Source of the DNA: an uncultured Gammaproteobacteria bacterium
Lineage (GTDB): Bacteria > Patescibacteriota > Microgenomatia > 0-14-0-10-38-17
DNA length: 64,000 nucleotides
Assembly (NCBI GenBank): GCA_964348895.1
Contig: CAYGEH010000001.1
Coordinates: 384,103 to 448,102 of the forward strand
Direction of reading: 5' to 3'
How positions within the stretch are numbered: the stretch's first letter is position 1; every line of letters starts with the position of its first letter. The notes below the pieces were generated by a model. That model was not told the origin of the DNA. It saw only the letters and a list, made by a program, of their open reading frames with translations, and ran no database searches. The translations under genes and the position numbers were made by a program. Below are positions 30,545 through 43,949 of the stretch, one piece after another.

Positions 30545-30621
30545 GCACGCGTGGCTCAGGTGGCTAGAGCGCGTCTCTGATAAAGACGAGGTCCCTGGTT
30601 CGAGTCCAGGCGCGTGCACCA
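30545..30621 (+). tRNA. tRNA-Ile (anticodon GAT)
   Basis: Acceptor stem GCACGCG/CGCGTGC. Anticodon loop CTGATAA. T-arm GGTTCGAGTCC. CCA is encoded. Confidence 0.9.
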
Positions 30622-31040
30622 GAATAAATTTTGAGAGAAAAATGTCGACCACCTCGAGGCCTCGTCTTGTTTTGCCTCAAAGTTCTTTTTGGATTTGATC
30701 AGAAATTAAAAATCAAGATATAAAAAAGAGATACAATAAAATCCAGCGACTTCTTTAGTTTTTATTGACAAAGACGACTGCCACCTATATAATTAGTTTT
30801 GCTCTAACAAGAAGAGGTTATATATTTTCGGATGCGACATCAAAAATTTTCAGCTTGTTCCCTTAACTGGGTTCTTAGCTTTTATTGATAAGCAAAACTT
30901 CTTCTTTATTTAGGGCAATTTAAGCTCTTTAATTTAGCCCATCTTGTGTATCACACAGGAATTCCAAATCCTTAAGTGTTTTTTTTGTTTACGAAAGGTT
31001 TATTTTTTTTAAAGTTTCTCGCTTAAATGGCGAGCTTAAG

Positions 31041-31116
31041 GGGGCTATAGCTCAGCTGGGAGAGCGCCACATTTGCAATGTGGAGGTCACCGGTTCAATC
31101 CCGGTTAGCTCCACCA
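31041..31116 (+). tRNA. tRNA-Ala (anticodon TGC)
   Basis: Acceptor stem GGGGCTA/TAGCTCC with the G3-U70 pair. Anticodon loop TTTGCAA. T-arm GGTTCAATCC. CCA is encoded. Confidence 0.9.
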
Positions 31117-31266
31117 GCTCTTGTTAAATGAGCAAGCACTTTGAAAATTCGGTTTGTCATAAAAAAATAGATTAAAAAATCTATTCTTTGTTAGGGTAAG
31201 GATTTTAACTTTTAAAAAAGTTAAAGTTCTGGCTTTTAATTTTAATTTTAAGTAGTCAAAGAATTA

Positions 31267-34827
<3,561 letters not shown>

Positions 34828-34927
34828 AATTTTTTTGACTACGACAAAATAGATATAAAAAAAGCCTAAAAACGAATCCTTATCCTAACAAAGGATAGGT
34901 TTACTTTTTCTTGAAATAAAAAAACTT

Positions 34928-35068
34928 GCTTTGGTTATTGGAGCGTTGTGGTACCACCTGATTTGTTCGCCGTTTAGGCGGACACCATTCCGAACTCAGA
35001 AGTGAAACGCGACAGCGCCGACGATATTGCTTCCGCAAGGAAGTGAGAAAATAGGTCATAGCCAAAGC
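34928..35068 (+). rRNA. rrf: 5S ribosomal RNA (about 141 nt with a roughly 20-nt internal insertion)
   Basis: CCGAACTCAGAAGTGAAACG core. Terminal helix GCTTTGG/CCAAAGC. Confidence 0.8.
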
Positions 35069-35390
35069 ATTTTTTTTGCCCTAAAAACAATCGTTAGCCT
35101 TGAATTATAATAATAAACGACGACATCAAGCAAAACAGGCTAACTTTTCTCTTCGAAACAAGGGTTTTCTTGATTAGCTAGCTTATTCTTTGTTTTTAAC
35201 CCAAATTTGACTCAAAAGAAGAGAAGAAGAGCCAAGAAAGGTAGCGAGAAAAAACTAAAGATAATGAAAAAAAAGAAAAACTCGAAGAGTTTGGGCAAGG
35301 TAATTTTTTTACTGCTTTAGGCTTGGGAAATGTAAATTATCAGCAGAAACGCTAGCTTTTGAATGGTTTTTGGATTAGTATTGTTTAACA

Positions 35391-36398
35391 ATGAGCTCTG
35401 CTAGCTTGAAAAAAAAGCCATTTTGGCAGTATTTCTTGTTTGTTTTAATCGGGATCTTTCTTTTAGTTTTTTTAGTTTGTCTTTCTTTTGCTTTGAATTA
35501 TTATCGGCGATTTTCTTCTTCGGCTAAAATTAATCACACTGATATCAAAAAGTACCTTCTGGATGCCAAAATAAATAGCCCTCAAAACTTTAACCTTCTT
35601 ATTTTAGGCTTGGATTGGCGGAAGAACAGTGGTGGGCTTTTAACTGATACGATTATAGCTGGACTTTGGCGGCCCCAAAGCAATCGGGCTGTTTTTGTTT
35701 CTTTACCCAGAGACTTGTGGCTTGATCATCTTAAAACAAAAATTAACGCTCTTTATTTTTACGGTCGAGAACAAAATTATAACGATAAAACTTCTTTAAT
35801 TACCACAGAATTAGAAAAAGTTCTGGGAGAGCCGCTTGATTATTATTTAATACTTGATTTTGAGGTTATGGCGGAAATTATTGATTTGTTGTCGGGGGTC
35901 GAAATAGAAGTAGAAAGAGCCTTTGATGACTATTATTTTCCCGCCGATGACGGAACTAACAATCTAACCCACCTTAGGTTTGAAGCTGGTAGACAAACAA
36001 TGAACGGGAATAGAGTTTTGGAGTATATTCGCTCACGAAAGAGCGACGATCTTCAAGAAGGAACTGATGAGGCAAGAACAAAGCGCCAACAGAAGGTTCT
36101 TTTGGCTATTATTGATAAAATATCTAATCGCCAGTTTTTGGCCACTAATCCAGAAGCGGCAGGTAAACTATATCGCTATTGGCAGGACAACGTTGAGACT
36201 AATTTGCCTATTTCTCTATTGATCAATGCGAGCCTGGCCTATGTTCGTCAGGAAATGAGGTTGGAGTTTCTGTCTTTACCGGAAGAGTTTCTAACTAACC
36301 CCCCAATTGAAAAACATGGTCTTTGGGTTTGGGAGCCAATAGACAAAAGCTGGGGAGAAATAAGAGAATGGACTAGAAACAAGAGTGGTCTACAATGA
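35391..36398 (+). CDS. LytR-CpsA-Psr (LCP) family cell-envelope phosphotransferase
   Basis: N-terminal TM anchor. LILGLDWR...LTDTIIAG...VSLPRDLW LCP-domain motifs. Confidence 0.75.
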   Translation: MSSASLKKKPFWQYFLFVLIGIFLLVFLVCLSFALNYYRRFSSSAKINHTDIKKYLLDAKINSPQNFNLLILGLDWRKNSGGLLTDTIIAGLWRPQSNRAVFVSLPRDLWLDHLKTKINALYFYGREQNYNDKTSLITTELEKVLGEPLDYYLILDFEVMAEIIDLLSGVEIEVERAFDDYYFPADDGTNNLTHLRFEAGRQTMNGNRVLEYIRSRKSDDLQEGTDEARTKRQQKVLLAIIDKISNRQFLATNPEAAGKLYRYWQDNVETNLPISLLINASLAYVRQEMRLEFLSLPEEFLTNPPIEKHGLWVWEPIDKSWGEIREWTRNKSGLQ

Positions 36399-36562
36399 CA
36401 AACCAAATAATACTGGAGCCTTAACACAAGAATGCTAACGAGGCTCTTGAAAAAAAACAAAAGGGTTATTTTTTTTGAGATTTTAATTTTTAGTTTTTAA
36501 CTTTAAGCCTTTTAATGTTATAATACTTTCTGAGTCATTAACTAAAAAAGGAGGAGCAGTGA

Positions 36563-37708
36563 ATGGTCGAAAAGAAAACCAAAAAAATAAAGGCTTCGTC
36601 AGCAAAAAAAGCAAAAAAGACTAAAAAAACTGATCTTTTTTCTGGGCCAGTAACAATGGCCGATCTTTTAAGCAAGGCTTCTAAAGACTTTTATATTCCC
36701 AAGAAAGGAGAAGAGGTTTTGGCAACGGTTTCAGAAATTACCTCTAAGAAAATTTACTTTGACGTTGGGGCCAAAACCGAAGGAGTTCTTTTCGGCCGCG
36801 AATTAGATCGAGTTAAAGATTTTATCTTTCAATTGAAAGTTGGAGACAAGGTTAAAACAGTGGTTGGAGAAGTAGAAGACCCTCGAGGGCAAATTTTACT
36901 TAATTTGAGAAACATTGCTGGTAATTACGCTTGGTCTTTTTATCAAGAGAGGCTAACAGACGGCGAACCAATTGAAGTTGTTGGACAGGATCAAAATGCT
37001 GGTGGAATTTTAGTTCAAGCTCCGTTTGGATTAACTGGTTTTATTCCTGGTTCCTGTTTGGGATCAGAATGGATCAATCAAGAAAACCTTTTGGTTGGCA
37101 AAAAAATTAAGGTTTGTGTTATTGAAGTGGATCGAGAAAAAAATCGCTTGGTTTTTTCTGAACGAGCTGTTTCTGAAGCCGATCAGATTGCCCAAGAAAA
37201 ATCTATCTTAAATAAATTAAAAGAAGGCGAAGCGGTTAAAACGAAAGTAATTAAGATTGCTCCTTACGGACTTTTTGTTGAGGTAGAGCAAAGCGAAATA
37301 TCCCTAGAGGGCTTAGTTCATATTTCGGAGATTTCTTGGGAAAAAGTTACTAATTTAAACCATCTCTATCAAATCGGCGATGTTGTTGAGGCCAAAATTT
37401 TAAATAAAGAAGGTAATCGTCTTCAGCTTTCAATCAAACAATTAAAGTCTGATCCTTGGGAAGAAATAGTTAAAAAATATCCTGAAAACAAACAGATTGC
37501 TGGTAAGGTCACTAAAATTACCAATTATGGTTGGCTGGTAGAGCTAGATGAAGGGGTTGAAGGCTTAGTTCATATCTCTAAGATTCCCACTAATAAAAAA
37601 ACAGAAGTTGGCGATGAGGTTTCTTGCTTTATTGATTCGATTGATCCTGCTAATCGTAGAATTAGCCTAGGATTAGTTTTGGCTCAAAAGCCAATAGGAT
37701 ATAAATAA
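36563..37708 (+). CDS. rpsA: 30S ribosomal protein S1 (four S1 domains)
   Basis: Repeated S1-domain pattern (G.V.G.V..I...G.FV.L..G..GL.HISE). RBS GGAGGAG sits 6 nt upstream of the ATG. Confidence 0.75.
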   Translation: MVEKKTKKIKASSAKKAKKTKKTDLFSGPVTMADLLSKASKDFYIPKKGEEVLATVSEITSKKIYFDVGAKTEGVLFGRELDRVKDFIFQLKVGDKVKTVVGEVEDPRGQILLNLRNIAGNYAWSFYQERLTDGEPIEVVGQDQNAGGILVQAPFGLTGFIPGSCLGSEWINQENLLVGKKIKVCVIEVDREKNRLVFSERAVSEADQIAQEKSILNKLKEGEAVKTKVIKIAPYGLFVEVEQSEISLEGLVHISEISWEKVTNLNHLYQIGDVVEAKILNKEGNRLQLSIKQLKSDPWEEIVKKYPENKQIAGKVTKITNYGWLVELDEGVEGLVHISKIPTNKKTEVGDEVSCFIDSIDPANRRISLGLVLAQKPIGYK

Positions 37709-37854
37709 TCTTTAAAAAAAAGATAGATCAGCTCTTTTGTTTTTTTCTTTTTCTGCTCACTTAAAATCCCCCACGAGAAGAATACTTGCCTTGTTTAAAA
37801 AGATTTTCTTTTTTTAACCTCTAATTGTTAATCAATAGCTGTTAAAATAAGAAT

Positions 37855-39168
37855 GTGGTTAAGATTAAAACTGCTTTTGTTTGCCAACAGTGTGGTTATC
37901 AAACACCCAAATGGCAGGGTCGCTGTTCTAATTGCGGAGAATGGAACAGCCTAGAAGAGACTCAATCGGTAGTAACCAAAAAAGAAACCTTTCACCAAGG
38001 ACAGGTAAAGGCCTTAAGGTTCTCCGAAGTTAAAACCTACCAAAAAGAGCGAATTGTAACCGGCATTGGAGAATTAGATAGAGTTTTGGGTGGAGGAATT
38101 GTTCCAGGTTCGGTAGTTTTGGTTGCTGGAGAGCCTGGTATTGGCAAGTCGACTCTGTTATTACAGCTGTCTGAAGCCTTAAGCGAGAATATAATTTACT
38201 ACGTTTGTGGAGAGGAGTCGCCAGAGCAAATTAAAATGCGAGCTACTAGACTAGGAGCAAAAGGAGAAAACTTAATTTTAATTCCAGCCACCGATGTCGA
38301 CGAGATAACTTTTTCTCTTGCTTCTATAGAAAACAACAGCGTTATTATTGTTGATTCAATTCAAACATTAACAACCCAAGATCTAGTCGGGGCGGCTGGC
38401 TCAATTGGTCAGGCTAGAGAATCAGCCTCTCGTTTGATTGGTTTTGCCAAGAAAAAAAACGTCCCTGTCTTTTTAGTTGGTCATGTAACCAAATCGGGGG
38501 CAATTGCTGGGCCAAAAGTTTTAGAACACGCGGTTGATGCGGTTATTTATTTTGAGGGAGATCAGTATAGTCAGTTAAGGCTACTGCGTTCAGTTAAAAA
38601 CAGGTTTGGCGCTACTGGAGAAGTAGGCGTGTTTCTAATGACCTCTTTAGGACTGGAGCCAGTTAACAATCCGGCTGAAATCTTTCTTTCTGCGAATCAA
38701 GTATCGGTTGCTGGGGTAGTAAAAACAGTTCTGCTTAAAGGAACCAGGCCGTTAATTTTAGAGGTTCAATCCCTAGTAACACAGACGAATTTAGCTTACC
38801 CGAGAAGACTAGCCAAGGGGATGAGTCGTAATAAACTAGAGCTTCATACGGCTATTTTACAAAAGCATTTGAAAATTCCACTTTATAAAGAAGATGTGAT
38901 TTTGAATATTGCTGGAGGAGTGAAGAGCGAAGAGCCGGCGGTGGATTTAGCTTCTTGCTTGGCGATTTGGTCTTCTTATAAAAATAAAATCATTCAATCT
39001 GAAACGATTGCTTTTGGCGAAGTAGGCCTATTGGGAGAAATAAGGCCAACAGCCCAAGAGGAAAAGCGAATTCTCGAAGCAAAAAGACTAGGTTATAAAA
39101 CAGTTATTTCTTCTAAAAATACCACCAACCTTCTTGAAGCGGTGACAAAGATTAGCAACAGCAAGTAA
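37855..39168 (+). CDS. radA: DNA repair protein RadA/Sms
   Basis: N-terminal zinc ribbon CQQCGY...CSNCGEWNS, Walker A GEPGIGKSTLLLQ, KNRFG motif, and a C-terminal Lon-like domain. Confidence 0.9.
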   Translation: MVKIKTAFVCQQCGYQTPKWQGRCSNCGEWNSLEETQSVVTKKETFHQGQVKALRFSEVKTYQKERIVTGIGELDRVLGGGIVPGSVVLVAGEPGIGKSTLLLQLSEALSENIIYYVCGEESPEQIKMRATRLGAKGENLILIPATDVDEITFSLASIENNSVIIVDSIQTLTTQDLVGAAGSIGQARESASRLIGFAKKKNVPVFLVGHVTKSGAIAGPKVLEHAVDAVIYFEGDQYSQLRLLRSVKNRFGATGEVGVFLMTSLGLEPVNNPAEIFLSANQVSVAGVVKTVLLKGTRPLILEVQSLVTQTNLAYPRRLAKGMSRNKLELHTAILQKHLKIPLYKEDVILNIAGGVKSEEPAVDLASCLAIWSSYKNKIIQSETIAFGEVGLLGEIRPTAQEEKRILEAKRLGYKTVISSKNTTNLLEAVTKISNSK

Positions 39169-39991
39169 AAGCAAGCCTTACCCTACAAGACTTCTCTTTA
39201 TTGTTCGCTGCTTCAGGTTTTTTTCTGCTATTGGTGCTTCTTGTTGTCAAAAAATTTTCTTAATTTAATCTAAAAAAATTTTTCTGGTTCTAGGTCAAGA
39301 CTGTTAACAACAGAAAGCGACCCTAAGGACAAGAGAGAAGACTTCACTTTAAATAATTTTGTTTTTCCACAATCATTAAAAAAATTTCCCGAAGCCCTGT
39401 TTTAATATCAAAAGTATTGATAATAATAATTATCGGATACTTAGTTTTAGTAGTTGTAAATTCTATAGGCTTGACAAGAATTTGAGCTTGTGCTAATCTT
39501 GCTTTAATGACCAACAGAAGAAGAAAAGGGGTTAATGTTTCGGTTAATAAAAGAGTAGCTTGGAGCAGGCGTCAGCTGACAAAAATGATAAGACTAGGGG
39601 GATTGTTTGTTTCTCAGGCTAGCGCTTGATTTTTGAAGCAAGAAACAAGCAAGAAGCTCTTTTTAATTCTCTAATAATATAGACAAAAAAATAAGAGCAT
39701 CGCCGTCGTAGATTCCGGATTGTGGAAAGCCCGATGAGCAATGCCCTTAGATTAATCACAATACTAGCACAACAAATTTTGAAAAGTCAAGCAGAGAAAT
39801 AGAGGGTGCTTTCTTTAGAGGCGACAACTCTTGTCAATAAAAAAGACGAATAATTATCAAGCTTTTTCTTTGAGGTGGGAGGTAGTGTGTAGGGCAGGCC
39901 ACTACCTCCTTCCTTAAAGAAAGAACTTCCTTTAGTGTGTTTTTAAAAGAAATAACAAGACTGGTTGTTTTAGTGGCCAACGGTTTTAAAG

Positions 39992-40019
39992 TTGACAATG
40001 TCTTCCTGTTTGTTATAAA
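39992..40019 (+). promoter_or_regulatory. sigma70-like promoter directly upstream of the pilin-like gene (near-leaderless)
   Basis: TTGACA (39992-39997), then a 16-nt spacer, then TATAAA (40014-40019). The ATG is at 40030. Confidence 0.4.
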
Positions 40020-40029
40020 TTTATAATTG

Positions 40030-40842
40030 ATGAAAAGGTCTTCTGGGCAGGCGCTTTTAATTGTTTTATTGGTTTTGTCTGTCGCTTTAACAGCAGGACT
40101 GTCCTTAGTTGCGAGAACCACAACCGATATTTCTATTTCTCAAAAAGAAACCGAGTCGAATCGAGCTTTTGAGGCGGCCGAAGCGGGAATAGAAGAGGCT
40201 TTTAGGAAAATGGAGGGAGGCTTTGGTGGTGACAGCTTTTCAATTCCCACCTTGGAGGGGGGCGCTGAGGTTAATGTCGAACTTTCGGATCTTGCTGCTG
40301 ACCAATTTATGACAAGAAGTCTTCGTTCTGGAGAAGCAGCCACCTTTTGGCTGAATTATTTTCCTCTAGATGGCAAGAATTTTCCCGACGACTCAGTTAT
40401 TTGGACGGGGAGTCCACCGTCGAGTCAGCTAGATATTTGTTGGAGTGATGAAGCAGTAAACAACAGAATAGAGATTGTTATTTATTATCAACAAGGGACT
40501 ACTTTCGGTCTGAATCGCTATTATGGACAATCAGGGGGAGCAACAAATTGTCCCTCTGGATTTCCCCAAGGGTTCAGAATTCCCCTTGATGGAGCGACCA
40601 ATGCCTCCAGATTTAAGTTTGTTAATGTTCGTTTCTATGATGAAGACGACAACAGGGTGGTTAGGTTTATGGCCCAAAGCTCCAATAGCAGTTTACCTCT
40701 GCCTTCTCAGGGTAAGGTAATTACTTCTCAGGGGGTAACAGCGGATGTCTCAAGGCGAGTCCAAGTTATCAGAACTTGGCCTGAACTACCAGATTTCTTT
40801 GATTTTGTTCTTTTTTCTGGAGGAAGTCTTAGTAAGCCTTAA
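40030..40842 (+). CDS. PilX-N-domain-like type IV pilus minor pilin / pseudopilin
   Basis: N-terminus KRSSGQALLIVLLVLSVALTAGLSLVARTT matches the PilX_N pattern (Q-A-L hydrophobic helix after a Gly cleavage site). Confidence 0.45.
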   Translation: MKRSSGQALLIVLLVLSVALTAGLSLVARTTTDISISQKETESNRAFEAAEAGIEEAFRKMEGGFGGDSFSIPTLEGGAEVNVELSDLAADQFMTRSLRSGEAATFWLNYFPLDGKNFPDDSVIWTGSPPSSQLDICWSDEAVNNRIEIVIYYQQGTTFGLNRYYGQSGGATNCPSGFPQGFRIPLDGATNASRFKFVNVRFYDEDDNRVVRFMAQSSNSSLPLPSQGKVITSQGVTADVSRRVQVIRTWPELPDFFDFVLFSGGSLSKP

Positions 40843-41160
40843 TGAAGTAATTTCTTGACAAAAACAGCCCAAGGTGTTTTAATTACAAATAATTGCTTCT
40901 TGTGATAGTTCTTTTCACCTAAATTAAGATTATTTTTTGGTTTTTTCTAGTCTATTTTTTGAGAATAAAGCGGAAAGAAATTTTTCATTCGCTAACTTTT
41001 GTCTTGTTTAATCCTAAGTTCTTTCTTAATTGTTTTAGTTTGACTTTTTTTAAAAAACAAGTCCCAGTTTCTACTTAAGAATAAAGAAAGAGAAATATTC
41101 CCAAGATGGCACTTTGGGCATATAGAAAGAAGGCAATTACCAATTTTTAACTATATTTTA

Positions 41161-42366
41161 ATGTCTAATAGTTTTTCAGATCAACCTTTAGATAAATTTC
41201 GTCCTCTTGCCGAAATGAGGATTCCTGACGCCGATCTTCCTACTGATTATCGAGAGGGGATTTTAGATGTTCGGGCTGACGACGACCATGGTTTTTTGCG
41301 ACCAAATTTTATTCCCTCTCCTCAGGATATTTATATTTCTTCTTCACAGATTTATCGTTTTAAGCTTCGACCCGGAGATATTATTGGTGGCCAAGTGAGA
41401 GAGCCAAAGGAAAAAGAGCGATATTACGGGCTTTTAAGGGTAGAAAGGGTTAATGGTGTTTCAATTGAAGAAGCAGAACTTGATAAGAGGCCTCATTTTG
41501 AGGACCTATTACCCGTCTTTCCCGACCAGTGGTTAAGAATGGAAACAAAAACAGAAATATCATCAACCCGAATCATTGATTTAGTTGCCCCAATTGGCAA
41601 CGGACAAAGGGGATTAATTGTTTCTCCTCCCAAGGCAGGAAAAACCTGGTTGTTAAAAGATATGATGACTGGACTAGCGACAAACTTTCCTGATTTTCAT
41701 CTTATGGCAGTTTTGATTGGAGAGAGGCCCGAAGAAGTAACAGACATTCGTCGACACGTCAGGGAAGTTACTGGTGGGAGGGGAGAGGTGATTGCCTCTA
41801 ACTTTGATGAACCACCAGAGAACCAAACCCTAGCAGCTGAAGTGTCATTAGAACGAGCTAAAAGACTGGTAGAGATGGGGAAAGATGTTTTTATCTTAAT
41901 GGATTCGGTTACTAGATTGGCTCGAGCCTACAACCTGTCAATTCCCACTTCGGGCAGAACTCTCTCTGGCGGATTTGATCCAGCGGCTCTTTTTCCAGCC
42001 AAGCGCTATTTTGGTGCCGCCAGAAACATTGAAAATGGAGGGAGTCTAACGGTAGTGGGCACTTGTTTAGTTGATACCGGGTCTCGAATGGACGACTTGA
42101 TTTATGAAGAATTTAAAGGCACTGGTAACATGGAGCTTCATTTAGATCGGAGATTGGCCGACAGAAGAGTTTTTCCCGCGATTGAAATTCAACGCTCAGG
42201 AACCAGAAAAGAAGAACTTCTTTTTGGTGAAGCAATTTATCCCAAAATTGTTACGATGCGCAAAATGATTGATCTTTTGGGCGAAGAAGAGCGAACAGAG
42301 GTGTTTTTAGATAAGCTAAAGAAAACTAAAAACAATGAGGACTTTTTATCTCAACTGGGCAAATAA
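41161..42366 (+). CDS. rho: transcription termination factor Rho
   Basis: N-terminal RNA-binding region (GFLRPNF...). Walker A GQRGLIVSPPKAGKT. Q- and R-loop regions. A roughly 320-nt leader lies upstream. Confidence 0.85.
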   Translation: MSNSFSDQPLDKFRPLAEMRIPDADLPTDYREGILDVRADDDHGFLRPNFIPSPQDIYISSSQIYRFKLRPGDIIGGQVREPKEKERYYGLLRVERVNGVSIEEAELDKRPHFEDLLPVFPDQWLRMETKTEISSTRIIDLVAPIGNGQRGLIVSPPKAGKTWLLKDMMTGLATNFPDFHLMAVLIGERPEEVTDIRRHVREVTGGRGEVIASNFDEPPENQTLAAEVSLERAKRLVEMGKDVFILMDSVTRLARAYNLSIPTSGRTLSGGFDPAALFPAKRYFGAARNIENGGSLTVVGTCLVDTGSRMDDLIYEEFKGTGNMELHLDRRLADRRVFPAIEIQRSGTRKEELLFGEAIYPKIVTMRKMIDLLGEEERTEVFLDKLKKTKNNEDFLSQLGK

Positions 42367-42622
42367 TTAAAAGTTAGCCTCTTAAGCTTTAGATTTTTAT
42401 TCATCTCGTTTTTTTATTTTGAACTGCTTCTTCTAGCGATTTTTTTTGTTTTGGCGTGGCTTGAAACAAAAAAAAGGACTGATTTTTATTTTTTATTTAA
42501 GGATAACAAAAAACAAGATCAGGGTAGCAAAAAGATGACCACCAAAAAGAAAGAATGAAGAATTTGATTTAAGGCAGAGGTTGGTTGAATAATTGTTCGA
42601 CATTTGCTAAGATAATCAAGCA

Positions 42623-43720
42623 ATGTCTAGCCAATCTGGCTCACTACCAAGCGATTTTATCGCCTTTCTTCGAGCTTGGCTAGTTTTTTTTCAAAGACGC
42701 TTGTTGATTTTAACTTCTTTTTTAGATGAAAACAAATCTCGTGGTGCCTATCTTCTTTATCAAAAAAGAGGGAAGCTGGCTCGACCGTTTAGTCATTTTG
42801 GTGTGGGCTTAATGGTTATTTTAGGAGTGGCAATTTCGCCTCTTTTTTCAGCCGAAGGCTTTGATCAAACAACAAGCCAAGAGGGAATAGTTTTGGGCGA
42901 CAATGCAATCCATTTTACCGTTCTTGGTGTTGAGGAAGGGGGGTCTGGTCGCAGAGGGGGGGCGGTTGACTATACTGTAGCAGAAGGAGACACCGCTTCT
43001 TCTATCGCTCAGAAATTTAATGTTTCTCTTGATACGATAAGGTGGGCCAATGACTTAAGGTCAGTTGATGATGTTAAGGTTGGTCAGGTTTTGAAAATTT
43101 TACCAGAAACAGGGGTTTTACACAGCGTTAAGAGAGGGGAAACGGTTTATTCTATCGCTAAAACCTATGATGTTGACCCACAAGCAATTGTTGATTTTCC
43201 CTTTAACACCTTTATTAATGATGAAACCTTTGCTTTGGCAGTTGGTCAAGATCTAATTGTTCCTGGTGGGGTGATGCCTAGAATTGTTCCCTGGTCTCCG
43301 CCGCCAGTTCCTCGGGAGAATATTGCTCCACCTCCAGCACATTTAGCCCAAGGAGCAGGAGAATATATTTGGCCAACCACCGGAAGAATTTCTCAGGGCT
43401 ATCACTGGTATCATCGAGCGATTGATATTGCCGATCCCTCTGCCCCGGCAGTGGTGGCCAGCAGAGGAGGAAGGGTAACTGACGCTGGGTGGACAGCTCC
43501 AGCCCGAGGGTATGGTATTTATGTTTTAATTGATCATGGTGATGGAATTAAAACACTTTATGCTCACCTTTCTTCGGTGGCGGTTAGTGTTGGCCAACAG
43601 GTTCTGCGAGGACAAGTAATTGGAAGAATGGGGTCTACTGGTCGCTCTACTGGAACACATCTTCATTTTGAAATTCGCACCCCCTCTGGGAATGCTAACC
43701 CATTAAGTTATTTACAGTAA
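42623..43720 (+). CDS. LysM-domain M23-family peptidoglycan endopeptidase
   Basis: Two LysM-like segments (YTVAEGDTASSIAQKFNVS; HSVKRGETVYSIAKTY). M23 catalytic motifs HRAIDI and GSTGRSTGTHLHFEI. Confidence 0.8.
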   Translation: MSSQSGSLPSDFIAFLRAWLVFFQRRLLILTSFLDENKSRGAYLLYQKRGKLARPFSHFGVGLMVILGVAISPLFSAEGFDQTTSQEGIVLGDNAIHFTVLGVEEGGSGRRGGAVDYTVAEGDTASSIAQKFNVSLDTIRWANDLRSVDDVKVGQVLKILPETGVLHSVKRGETVYSIAKTYDVDPQAIVDFPFNTFINDETFALAVGQDLIVPGGVMPRIVPWSPPPVPRENIAPPPAHLAQGAGEYIWPTTGRISQGYHWYHRAIDIADPSAPAVVASRGGRVTDAGWTAPARGYGIYVLIDHGDGIKTLYAHLSSVAVSVGQQVLRGQVIGRMGSTGRSTGTHLHFEIRTPSGNANPLSYLQ

Positions 43721-43949
43721 AAAGAACAAAACTTTGACACTAAGATTCTTGTTTTTTTAGGCTTGACTCGAGACCACAGAAATCAACCTTAATCTTTAAC
43801 AGAACAGCAATCTTTAAAACGATTGTGTTCTTTCATTTCTTGTTGACACTTTTTTTGAAATGGTTTATTATCAAAACTATGGGGGGAAACGGTTAGGGAG
43901 TCTTGAAGGTAAGACCTGCTTCTGTAAAAACTTTCTTCCAGTCTAAAAA

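Noticed and set aside
39169-40026. RNase P RNA, tmRNA or SRP RNA in the long intergenic gap
   Set aside because: Hallmark motifs were searched by eye: GGAAAGUCCGGGC with an ACAGAAAGC-type segment in the correct order; a tRNA-like GGGG...UUCGAAUCC...CCACCA end; the SRP GGAAGCAGC helix-8 motif. None was found as a coherent set. The region is left as an unassigned candidate.
40027-40029. TTG start for the pilin-like ORF, as given in the ORF track
   Set aside because: An in-frame ATG follows immediately at 40030, and the promoter -10 element overlaps 40014-40028. ATG at 40030 is the more plausible start.
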